DNA of 31,377 nt from a bacterium. GTDB lineage: Bacteria > SZUA-182 > DTGQ01 > JAFGSM01. The stretch spans positions 1 to 31,377 of the forward strand of contig JBLIRN010000036.1 of the NCBI GenBank assembly GCA_049472315.1, in the 5' to 3' direction. Below, one piece after another: positions 7,478-15,301 of the stretch. The notes below the pieces were generated by a model. It was not told the origin of the DNA. It did no database searches and saw only the letters and a list, made by a program, of their open reading frames with translations. Within the stretch, counting starts at the first letter, position 1. Each line of letters begins with the position of its first letter. A program made the translations under genes and the position numbers.

Positions 7478-9394
7478 ATGAATCCCGTAAGCATGGGGAT
7501 ACATAACCGAGAGTTTGAGGACACCTCGTCTCGTGATCCTGCATACCCATCCGACCATTACGATGCCGCGCGCGTCCTCCTGGTCGACGACCAGCCTGAG
7601 ATACTGTGGCCGCTTATCAACTTCATGGAAAAGGAAGGGTATGTGGCGAGGGTCGTCGAAAGGGCGGCGGAGGCCTTGAGAACGATCCCTGAGTATGACC
7701 CTCACATCGTGTTCCTGGATGTAAAGATGCCGGGGATGAATGGATTGGAGGCACTGAAGCGCATCCGGGAGTCCTATCCGGAGATCATCGTATTCATCCT
7801 CACCGGTCACGAGAGTATCAAGGATGCGGTGCAGGCCATTAAGACAGGGGCGTACGACTATTTTACCAAGCCCTACCACCTCGAGGAGATAAAGTTTTCG
7901 ATTATGAGGGCCATGGAGGACAAAAGGCTCAAGGAAGAGGTGGTCATGCTCAGGAAGAGACTCCAGGAGCGTTTCAACTTCAGTTCCATTATCACCGCGG
8001 ACCCTCAGATGTTCTACATTTTTGACAGGCTCCGCAAGATAGCGCCGAGCGAGCTCTCGGTGCTCATTACCGGTGAGAACGGCACGGGAAAGGAACTGGT
8101 TGCCCAGGCGATACACTATAACAGCCTGAGGAAGGATGGCCCCTTTACCCCGATGGATTGCGCAACGATTCCTGAAGCCCTCTTCGAGAGCGAGGTGTTC
8201 GGCCATGTTCGGGGGGCCTTTACCGGAGCTGACCATGATAAGAAGGGGTTGTTCGAGATGGCGCAGCGCGGCACCCTATTCCTCGATGAGTTGGGAAACC
8301 TCAGATCGGACTTCCAGAGCAAGCTCCTCAGGGTGATTCAGGAACGAAGGTTTACTCCGATTGGAGGCAAGGATTCCATCAAACTGGATCTGCGCCTTAT
8401 CTCCGCTACCAATATCGACCTTGAGGCGGCACGGGATGAGGGGAGTTTCCGGGAGGATCTCTTCTTTCGCATAAACCAGTTTCACATCCACCTTCCCCCT
8501 TTGAGAGATCGGCTCAACGACGTCAAACTGCTGGCACAACACTTCGTAAACGAGGCGGCGCAGGGGCAGGGGGTGCCGGTCCAGGAGATCTCTTCGGAGG
8601 TCATGGACATCCTGATGAATTATAATTGGCCGGGGAATATCAGGCAGCTCAAGAACGTCGTCCATGGGGCCTCGGTGATGGCCGAGGAGAAGATCCTTCC
8701 GGAGCACCTCCCCCCTCAGTTGTTGAACAGGCATCTCACGGGGAAGGGGGTGCGGCTCTCCCTGTTCATCCCCTCCCGATGCACGCTCAAGAAGATGGAA
8801 CAGGAGGTGCTGTCCCAGGCAAACAGGTACTATATCGAGCGGGTGCTCATTGAATCGGATCATAAGATCCGGCAGGCCAGCGACTGGCTGGATATCAGCC
8901 AGAAGGCGCTGGGCAAGAAGATGGAGGAATACGCCATCACCCCCAAGACGGAAGCGGTTGATCCGGTGTGCGCAGGGGTGGAGGGATCCCTCAATCCGGG
9001 CACCACCCTCAAGGACCTTCAGAAGAGGGTAGGGAGTGAACTGGAGCGCGCCCTTATTGTGCAAGCCCTTCGGGATGCCGGGGGAAACAAGACAAAGACC
9101 GCCCGGGCCCTTGCCGTTGATTATAAGACCCTTTTGGCAAAGATGCGCGAGTTTTCCATCAATGAGGATGACGTCGATCATGCCCGGTTGCCCGACTGGC
9201 TGGAGGAGGTATCCACCGGCGAGCAATCCGGGAAGTTCAAGGAGATCGTTGCCCGGAAACGGGAGAAGATGGAGCAACGGCTGATCATGCTGACCCTCCG
9301 GCACACCCATTGGGATAAGGCCAAGGCATCCCGGGCACTGGGTATCGACTATAAGACCCTCTATAACAAGATGCATAAGTACGGTTTGAAATAG
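7478..9394 (+). CDS. Sigma54-dependent NtrC/AtoC-family response regulator with three C-terminal Fis-type HTH domains
   Basis: Receiver (VLLVDD, FLDVKMP, TKP); AAA+ Walker A GENGTGKE, GAFTGA, Walker B LFLDE, FREDLFFR, WPGNIRQL; three HTH-like blocks. Confidence 0.93.
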   Translation: MNPVSMGIHNREFEDTSSRDPAYPSDHYDAARVLLVDDQPEILWPLINFMEKEGYVARVVERAAEALRTIPEYDPHIVFLDVKMPGMNGLEALKRIRESYPEIIVFILTGHESIKDAVQAIKTGAYDYFTKPYHLEEIKFSIMRAMEDKRLKEEVVMLRKRLQERFNFSSIITADPQMFYIFDRLRKIAPSELSVLITGENGTGKELVAQAIHYNSLRKDGPFTPMDCATIPEALFESEVFGHVRGAFTGADHDKKGLFEMAQRGTLFLDELGNLRSDFQSKLLRVIQERRFTPIGGKDSIKLDLRLISATNIDLEAARDEGSFREDLFFRINQFHIHLPPLRDRLNDVKLLAQHFVNEAAQGQGVPVQEISSEVMDILMNYNWPGNIRQLKNVVHGASVMAEEKILPEHLPPQLLNRHLTGKGVRLSLFIPSRCTLKKMEQEVLSQANRYYIERVLIESDHKIRQASDWLDISQKALGKKMEEYAITPKTEAVDPVCAGVEGSLNPGTTLKDLQKRVGSELERALIVQALRDAGGNKTKTARALAVDYKTLLAKMREFSINEDDVDHARLPDWLEEVSTGEQSGKFKEIVARKREKMEQRLIMLTLRHTHWDKAKASRALGIDYKTLYNKMHKYGLK

Positions 9395-9451
9395 CAATTA
9401 CGGCATGATGGCTGGTACGCCTGTTCAATAATCGTCATTACGTGTTCAATT

Positions 9452-9542
9452 ATAGGATTGTTTTCCATACTTTTCGATAATTTTTATCCATTTAAATCCA
9501 TAAATAAGGTATAATTTCCATATATATGGATTCAAATCCACA
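9452..9542. promoter_or_regulatory. Candidate enhancer (UAS) array: imperfect palindromes TATGGA-N6-TCCATA
   Basis: ATAGGA-ttgttt-TCCATA 9452-9469; TATCCA-tttaaa-TCCATA 9485-9502; TAAGGT-ataatt-TCCATA 9505-9522; TATGGA-ttcaaa-TCCACA 9525-9542. Located 90-180 bp upstream of the sigma54 site. Confidence 0.6.
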
Positions 9543-9630
9543 ATAGCCACACCTTCCCCGTTTCTCCTCAATCATTAAATTCTCTTCATTTACAATAAGA
9601 TACAAAGCCAATTGCCCCCATGCCATGTGT

Positions 9631-9646
9631 TGGCACCGCGCTTGCT
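9631..9646 (+). promoter_or_regulatory. Sigma54 (-24/-12) promoter
   Basis: TGGCACCGCGCTTGCT matches TGGCAC-N5-TTGCW, with GG at 9632-33 and GC at 9644-45; AT-rich context directly after a bEBP gene. Confidence 0.85.
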
Positions 9647-9810
9647 TTATTTTTGAACAAAATCCTGTGATCAAGTCTCCTTATAAAGTTGATTCATAAT
9701 ACGTTGTTATTGTGAGTTTCGCTCTTGTAAGGATCAATTTGTGAACAAGCTCTTGTTCGACCGACATCGATTCACTGCATGAAAACCTTAAAACAGGGAG
9801 GGGGCATCCA

Positions 9811-10455
9811 ATGTGGCAGATCGTGGCCATTCTGTGGTCACCGGAAGTGGATATCGGGGCTCAGGTGGGAGACTATGTCCTTGTGACCTATGAAAACCTT
9901 GCAGCAGCAGTTATCCGGTCAGATGTTTCCAATATCGGCCAGCTTACGCCGTTCGAACGGGTGGATGCCCTGTTCAATTATCAGACAGTCCTGGAGAGGG
10001 CGGGAATCAATCGGAATATCCTCCCCGTTCGATTCGGAACAATAGCAAAGACGAAGAGGGAGATCTCCACCATTCTCAAAGAGGGCGCCCAACGATTCAG
10101 ATCCCTTCTTTCATATGCGCAGGGCAAGGCGGAATACGATCTCATGGGGATTTGGAAGGAAGAGGTGGGAGACATCGAGCACAACATCTTTGAGGCCCTG
10201 GAAAACAAGGGGTATGAATTCAAGGTTCACGAACCGGTCAATCAGGTCATTTGCTTTCATCTCTCTATTTTGATGTCACCTGAGGAACAGGAGACATTCA
10301 GCACAATCAAGGAGGAGTTGGGTAAGCGGTTAGGCGACAGGATCGATCTGCGGTTGTCCGAACCGCTCCCTCCCCACAGCTTTTTCACGCTGGATCTGTA
10401 TCAGACACTGGAGCGGACATCGAGGGAGCACGTACTGAACTCAACGAGTGCATGA
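9811..10455 (+). CDS. GvpL/GvpF-family-like protein (divergent, 214 aa)
   Basis: ILPVRFGTI and LSEPLPPHSF resemble the family motifs (VLP.RFG; GPWPPY.F); GGGAGGGG RBS. Confidence 0.65.
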   Translation: MWQIVAILWSPEVDIGAQVGDYVLVTYENLAAAVIRSDVSNIGQLTPFERVDALFNYQTVLERAGINRNILPVRFGTIAKTKREISTILKEGAQRFRSLLSYAQGKAEYDLMGIWKEEVGDIEHNIFEALENKGYEFKVHEPVNQVICFHLSILMSPEEQETFSTIKEELGKRLGDRIDLRLSEPLPPHSFFTLDLYQTLERTSREHVLNSTSA

Positions 10456-10468
10456 TCAAGGAGGTTTT

Positions 10469-11305
10469 GTGGACGGCATATATATTTACTGCCTAACCAA
10501 AAAGGGGAATTCGTCCAAATTCAAGGCCAACGGCCTGGATGACCGGACGGTGCAAAGCATCACCTGCAAGGAGATCATGGCCCTGGTGCATCCCTGCGAG
10601 GTCGATTCCTTTCAGGTGGATGATGCAAACAAGGTCATTGATTGGGCAATGATCCATCACAAGGTGGTGGAGGACGCGTGGCAATTCTTTGGGACCCTCA
10701 TCCCCCTGAGATTCGGGAGCATCATTCGGGGGGAGGATGAGGAAGATGCCGGCAAAAAGGTGAAGGCATGGATACATGATATCTACGATCACATCCAGGA
10801 GCGGTTTGAAGATCTCAAGGACAAGGCGGAATACGGCATCCAGATCTTCTGGCCCACTGACGGGCTCATGAAGAGGGTGGCCAGAAACAACACCCAGGTC
10901 CGGGTTATGGAGAAAATGATCGCCGGCGCCGGCGCCGAGGCGGCGTGCACCTTCAAGGACAAGCAGCGGAGCCTGTTGCAGCGGTGCATTGCCAAGGAGA
11001 TCGTTCAGGCATCCCGTTCCCTTCTGGATCGTGTCCGTCCCTATCTGAATGATTTTCAGATCGAACAGATCACCGGAGGGGATGCGGACAGGAGGATGCT
11101 GCTGAATATATCCTGCCTCCTCTCGGATGAGCAGATTACAGAGGTGAAACAGGCGCTTGAGGAGATCCAGGGAGAGGATGGCTACATTCCGCAACTGAGC
11201 GGTCCATGGCCTCCCTACAGTTTTGCCCGATTGGACGACAACCTTTACCCGAGTAAAGGCCGCATATTTCATGTGCAGCCGGGAGGAAGGGTGCGATGCG
11301 TATAG
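10469..11305 (+). CDS. GvpL/GvpF-family gas-vesicle-associated protein
   Basis: GIYIYC, HHKVVE, LIPLRFGSII, EYGIQIFW, MLLNISCLL, SGPWPPYSF; GTG 10469 after AAGGAGG (ORF track starts at 10448). Confidence 0.82.
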   Translation: MDGIYIYCLTKKGNSSKFKANGLDDRTVQSITCKEIMALVHPCEVDSFQVDDANKVIDWAMIHHKVVEDAWQFFGTLIPLRFGSIIRGEDEEDAGKKVKAWIHDIYDHIQERFEDLKDKAEYGIQIFWPTDGLMKRVARNNTQVRVMEKMIAGAGAEAACTFKDKQRSLLQRCIAKEIVQASRSLLDRVRPYLNDFQIEQITGGDADRRMLLNISCLLSDEQITEVKQALEEIQGEDGYIPQLSGPWPPYSFARLDDNLYPSKGRIFHVQPGGRVRCV

Positions 11306-12606
11306 ATAGGGTCCTGGTCGTCGATGATGAACCCGAGGTCCTGAGACTTCTGGGAATCATTCTCAAGAAAAAGGGGTATCGACCGGTCACCTGCCTGACG
11401 GGGCAGGAGGCGATGGCCCAGATCCAGAGGAAGAAATTCTATCTCGGGCTCGTTGATATCCTGCTTCCGGATATCGACGGGCTGGAGATCCTCAAGGAGG
11501 CCAAAAAGAGAAACAGCGTGGCGGAGATGATCGTTATGACCGGCTGTGACCGCATCGATATCGCCATCAAGGCGATCAAGTATCAGGCCTGTGACTTTCT
11601 TCTCAAGCCGATCGAGCCGGAGCTCCTCTATCTTTCTCTCAATCGTGCAAAGGAGATGATCAGCCTCAGGCTGAAGGACCTGCTGCACCGTAAAAACCTG
11701 GAACGAACGGTGGAGGTGCGGACGCAGCGACTCATTCAGGCGGAGAAGCAGGCCATTATCGGCAACTCCGTGCAGGGGGTCGTGCACAACATACTCAATC
11801 CCCTCACGGTCATAGCGGGGCGGGCGGAACTGCTGAAGGCGGAGATGGATCAGATCGAGAGGGTGCACGAGGAGGAATCGGCCAAGGACCCCTTTCACAA
11901 GGAGATCCTGGAGGTCCTCGGGCGTTTCAACCAGGACATAACAGCGATTTATCAGAATTCCCAGAAGATCTTTCAAATCGTGGAGAACATACTCAAAAAA
12001 TCGAGCATGGAGAGGGAGGTCACCCCGAGTTCGCTGGATATCAACAACATGATCATCCAGGAGATGGAATTCTTTAAATCCGACCTCTACTTCAAGCATC
12101 AGGTGAAAAAGAACTACGACCTGGATCCCACGCTGAAAACAATAAACATGGTGTACAGCCACTTGAGTCAGGTCCTGGACAATCTGGTCAAGAACGCCAT
12201 CGAGGCGATGTATGACTCTCAGGTAAAAGAGATCTCCATCACCACATACCAGGATAAGGAACAGATCTACATCAGCGTGAAGGATACCGGGATCGGGATC
12301 CCCGAGCACCTCAAGGAAAAGGTGTTCGAACCGTTCTTCACCACAAAGGCCTCCACCGGCGAGGCGGGGAAGACCCAGCGTGTCGGGTACGGTCTCGGGC
12401 TGCACTCCTGCCTTGAGCTTTTGAGACCCTACGGCGGCGATATATGGCTGGAGAGTGAGCCCGGTTTGGGTTCGACCTTTACCATCCTCCTGCCGCAGTC
12501 CCTTGTTGCGGAGGATGCTTCCGCACCGGTGAGCAAGGATTCTGAAGATTTCACCCAAAGGTCCATTTCGAGAGAGAAAAAGGCAACGATTGAACATACC
12601 TATTGA
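11296..12606 (+). CDS. Hybrid REC-histidine kinase without sensor domain
   Basis: Receiver RVLVVDDE...VDILLP...MTG...LKP; H-box GVVHNILNPL; NLVKNAIEAM, DTGIGI, FEPFFTTK, GYGLGL. Confidence 0.9.
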   Translation: MRIDRVLVVDDEPEVLRLLGIILKKKGYRPVTCLTGQEAMAQIQRKKFYLGLVDILLPDIDGLEILKEAKKRNSVAEMIVMTGCDRIDIAIKAIKYQACDFLLKPIEPELLYLSLNRAKEMISLRLKDLLHRKNLERTVEVRTQRLIQAEKQAIIGNSVQGVVHNILNPLTVIAGRAELLKAEMDQIERVHEEESAKDPFHKEILEVLGRFNQDITAIYQNSQKIFQIVENILKKSSMEREVTPSSLDINNMIIQEMEFFKSDLYFKHQVKKNYDLDPTLKTINMVYSHLSQVLDNLVKNAIEAMYDSQVKEISITTYQDKEQIYISVKDTGIGIPEHLKEKVFEPFFTTKASTGEAGKTQRVGYGLGLHSCLELLRPYGGDIWLESEPGLGSTFTILLPQSLVAEDASAPVSKDSEDFTQRSISREKKATIEHTY

Positions 12607-12669
12607 GGAAACATTGCTAACACCCTCGGGGCCTCGCGTTCGAGGGGCAACAAGAAAGGATAAGGAAAG

Positions 12670-13431
12670 GTGAAAAAAATGCAGCAAATTCAAACGGAAG
12701 AACAAAAGGATTTGATACTCAACCACATCTTTCTGGTAAAGAATATCGCCGCGAATATCCTTGACTACCTCCCTGCATCCATCGATATGAACGATCTGAT
12801 GGAGGCGGGGATCATGGGGCTCATCGATGCCGCGCAGAAATACGATCCGTCCAAGCAGAAGCGGTTCAGCAACTACGCCAAATTCCGTATACGGGGCGCG
12901 ATCATGGATGAATTGCGGGGGATGGATTTCGTGTCCCGGTCGGTCAGGAACAAGGCAAAGATGGTGGAGCAAACCATCCTGGGGCTGGAGCAACGATTAG
13001 GAAGGGCGGTCAGCGACGAGGAGGTGGCCTCGCACATGCATATGGGGCTTGAGCAATTCTATGAGATAAAGAACCAGGTCCACGGAGCCACCTTGGTCCA
13101 CATCGAGGATATCGACGAAATGATGGGCAATGCGGAGGATGGGTGCAGCTTCCTCAACCTTCTTTCGGACGACTCGGACAAGCGGATGATCGAGGATCTC
13201 ACCATGCATGAGCTCAAGGCGATCATCGAACAGGCGATGGGAGATCTGCCCGAAAAGCAGCGGCAGGTTCTTGCCCTCTACTACTGGGATGATTATACGA
13301 TGAAAGAGGTGGGGCAAATGCTGGGGCTGGCCGAATCGACGGTCTCCACCCACCACAACGAGGGGCTCAACAAGTTGCGTCAATCCCTGCGGAACAGAAA
13401 GGCGGCATTGATGTTCAGTCTGAACAACTGA
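12670..13431 (+). CDS. fliA: FliA/WhiG-family RNA polymerase sigma factor (sigma28)
   Basis: DLMEAGIMGLIDAAQKYDPS, FSNYAKFRIRGAIMDELRGMDFVSRSVR, LPEKQRQVLALYY...TMKEVGQMLGLAESTVS. Family assignment is firm; a flagellar role is not established. Confidence 0.88.
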   Translation: MKKMQQIQTEEQKDLILNHIFLVKNIAANILDYLPASIDMNDLMEAGIMGLIDAAQKYDPSKQKRFSNYAKFRIRGAIMDELRGMDFVSRSVRNKAKMVEQTILGLEQRLGRAVSDEEVASHMHMGLEQFYEIKNQVHGATLVHIEDIDEMMGNAEDGCSFLNLLSDDSDKRMIEDLTMHELKAIIEQAMGDLPEKQRQVLALYYWDDYTMKEVGQMLGLAESTVSTHHNEGLNKLRQSLRNRKAALMFSLNN

Positions 13432-13517
13432 TGCCGGAAGAACGAAATTACATATCCGCGTGTTGCCAAGGGGTTGGAGAGAGTAGTCAACTGATGACAT
13501 ATCTTTCCATCATTGGA

Positions 13518-14342
13518 TCATACCGAAAGCATTGCCGCGATATCCTCTGACGCCTGGTCGCAATCAAGCCAGATACGCTCCACGGGCAGCCCGGCACCCT
13601 TCAAGGTAATTGCCAGATCCGCCAGCTGTGGAAGGGAGAGACCAGCCGCGGTAATCAGCTCATGATGTTCCAGGAGCTCTTCACGACTTCCCTGAATGAG
13701 GATTTTCCCCCCATTCAGCACAATCCCGTAATCGATGAGGGGGAGAAGGAGTGAGGTGTCATGGCCGGCAATGACCACGACCTTCCCCTCGCGATGGCAG
13801 CGCCGGACGATATCGTCCATCATTCCCCTTTTTACCCGGCATTCAAGGCCCACTGTCGGCTCGTCAAGAATCAATACATCCCAGTCCTGCTCCCAGACAA
13901 GGGCAAGACTAAGACGCCGCAGTTCCCCGTGGCTCAGGTGAAGGGGGTGCCGCGCCCAGAGGACCTCCGGCTCAAGCCCCGCCCATGTGATTGCCTGCCT
14001 GGCACGCTGCTCGGCATCCTCTCCCTGCTGACCCCTCTCCTTCAAAATACCTACCATTTCGTCGGAAACGGAGTCCCCCAGGAACATGTCCTCGGGGATC
14101 TGGAATGCCATGCATATGCTGGTTCCCTGGCGCCGAGCGGGATAACCGTCCACCAGAACCCTTCCGCAACGGGGATTCAGGAGGCCGGCTGCCAGGAGGG
14201 CAAGGGTCGTCTTGCCTGAGCCGCTCGGGCCGAATACGCCCAAGACGCTTCCCCGGGAGACGGTGAGGGAGACATGTTCGAGAAAACAGGGGGCATGGCC
14301 CTTCTCATAGTCAAAGCACACATCCTCGAATACCAGCCCCAT
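13518..14342 (-). CDS. ecfA2: ECF transporter ATP-binding protein EcfA2-like
   Basis: GPSGSGKT, FQIPE, HPLHLSHGELRR, ILDEPTVGL, GHD; ATG 14342 overlaps the upstream TGA (TGATG). Confidence 0.8.
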   Translation of the reverse strand: MGLVFEDVCFDYEKGHAPCFLEHVSLTVSRGSVLGVFGPSGSGKTTLALLAAGLLNPRCGRVLVDGYPARRQGTSICMAFQIPEDMFLGDSVSDEMVGILKERGQQGEDAEQRARQAITWAGLEPEVLWARHPLHLSHGELRRLSLALVWEQDWDVLILDEPTVGLECRVKRGMMDDIVRRCHREGKVVVIAGHDTSLLLPLIDYGIVLNGGKILIQGSREELLEHHELITAAGLSLPQLADLAITLKGAGLPVERIWLDCDQASEDIAAMLSV

Positions 14343-15187
14343 CAATCCCGTCCCTTCCTGGTGAGCGCGACCAGTGCGCCTGCCATTCCATTCACCTCGT
14401 GAATGCCGGTGGGAAGCACGATGCCCCTGCCTTCCAACCGTTCGGCCAGGGCGAGCATCTCCGGCCGGCAAAGACCTGCGCGTGCCGTAACGGCCTGGTT
14501 GCCCAGGAGATCGGAGGGGGATGAACACCAGCACACACCGCCGTTATGAAGAACCGCCACCCTCTCGGCCATGATGATCTCTTCCCATCCGGTGGAGATG
14601 AAGAGGATGCTCATGCCCGAGGCATGCAGGCCCCGTATCAACACGAGGAGCTCATCGCGTTCCCGGTGGCATAAAAAGGCGGATGGCTCATCCAGTATCA
14701 GGTAGTCGGGATTGAGTGCGAGGAGCCCTGCCAGGGCCACCTTCTGGAGTTCCCCTCCGGAGAGGGAATGGGTCGTGTGATTGGCAAGGTGGGCGATTCC
14801 CATGGCATCGAGTGCATGGTCGCCCCTTATACGGGCCTCGCGTCTGGAAAGACCGTGGTGGAGAGGACCGAACTCGACATCGGCCCGCACGGTCAATGCG
14901 CAGATCTGGTCGCGGGGATTGGAGAAGAGAAATCCCACCCGATTTCTCCTGAGCGCAAGGTCCTCATCGGGATCATCGGAGAACATGCGGATACCGCCCC
15001 TGGTCGGGCGGATGAGGCCCTTTATGATGAGCCCCAGGCTCGTCTTTCCTGCCCCGTTCGGGCCGGCGAGTGCGAGCCATTCCCCCCTTGCCTGGGTGAG
15101 GCTGATGCGCCCGAGAATGGTCCGGGTGCCCGGATGCTCATCACTATCGAGGCCCAGGTCATCGATGCGCAGAATGGAATCGTGCAT
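14342..15187 (-). CDS. ecfA1: ECF transporter ATP-binding protein EcfA1-like (degenerate motifs)
   Basis: GPNGAGKT, TVRADVEFG, LSGGELQKVALAGLLALNP, ILDEP; position after rplQ. Start uncertain (15187-15241). Confidence 0.78.
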   Translation of the reverse strand: MHDSILRIDDLGLDSDEHPGTRTILGRISLTQARGEWLALAGPNGAGKTSLGLIIKGLIRPTRGGIRMFSDDPDEDLALRRNRVGFLFSNPRDQICALTVRADVEFGPLHHGLSRREARIRGDHALDAMGIAHLANHTTHSLSGGELQKVALAGLLALNPDYLILDEPSAFLCHRERDELLVLIRGLHASGMSILFISTGWEEIIMAERVAVLHNGGVCWCSSPSDLLGNQAVTARAGLCRPEMLALAERLEGRGIVLPTGIHEVNGMAGALVALTRKGRD

Positions 15188-15241
15188 AGCGGATGGCAAT
15201 GCGTAATTGTTAAAAAGCATCGAGCAATCAGCTTGCGGCAT

Positions 15242-15282
15242 AAAAAAAAGGGATACCCTTTTCGTATGAAAATTGTATCCCC
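15242..15282 (-). terminator. Intrinsic terminator of the alpha operon
   Basis: Minus strand GGGATAC-aa-TTTTC-atac-GAAAA-gg-GTATCCC followed by T8; 20 nt after the rplQ stop. Confidence 0.8.
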
Positions 15283-15301
15283 CGTTGTGTCGAAGGTGTT
15301 G

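Noticed and set aside
9743..9758. LexA (Cheo) box
   Set aside because: Spacing is GAAC-N8-GTTC rather than GAAC-N4-GTTC; kept only as an unassigned dyad.
5423..13500. Long minus-strand ORFs (373, 472, 373, 259, 574, 167 aa) opposite the signalling genes
   Set aside because: Typical antisense frames of GC3-rich genes; no domains, whereas the + strand proteins have complete motifs.
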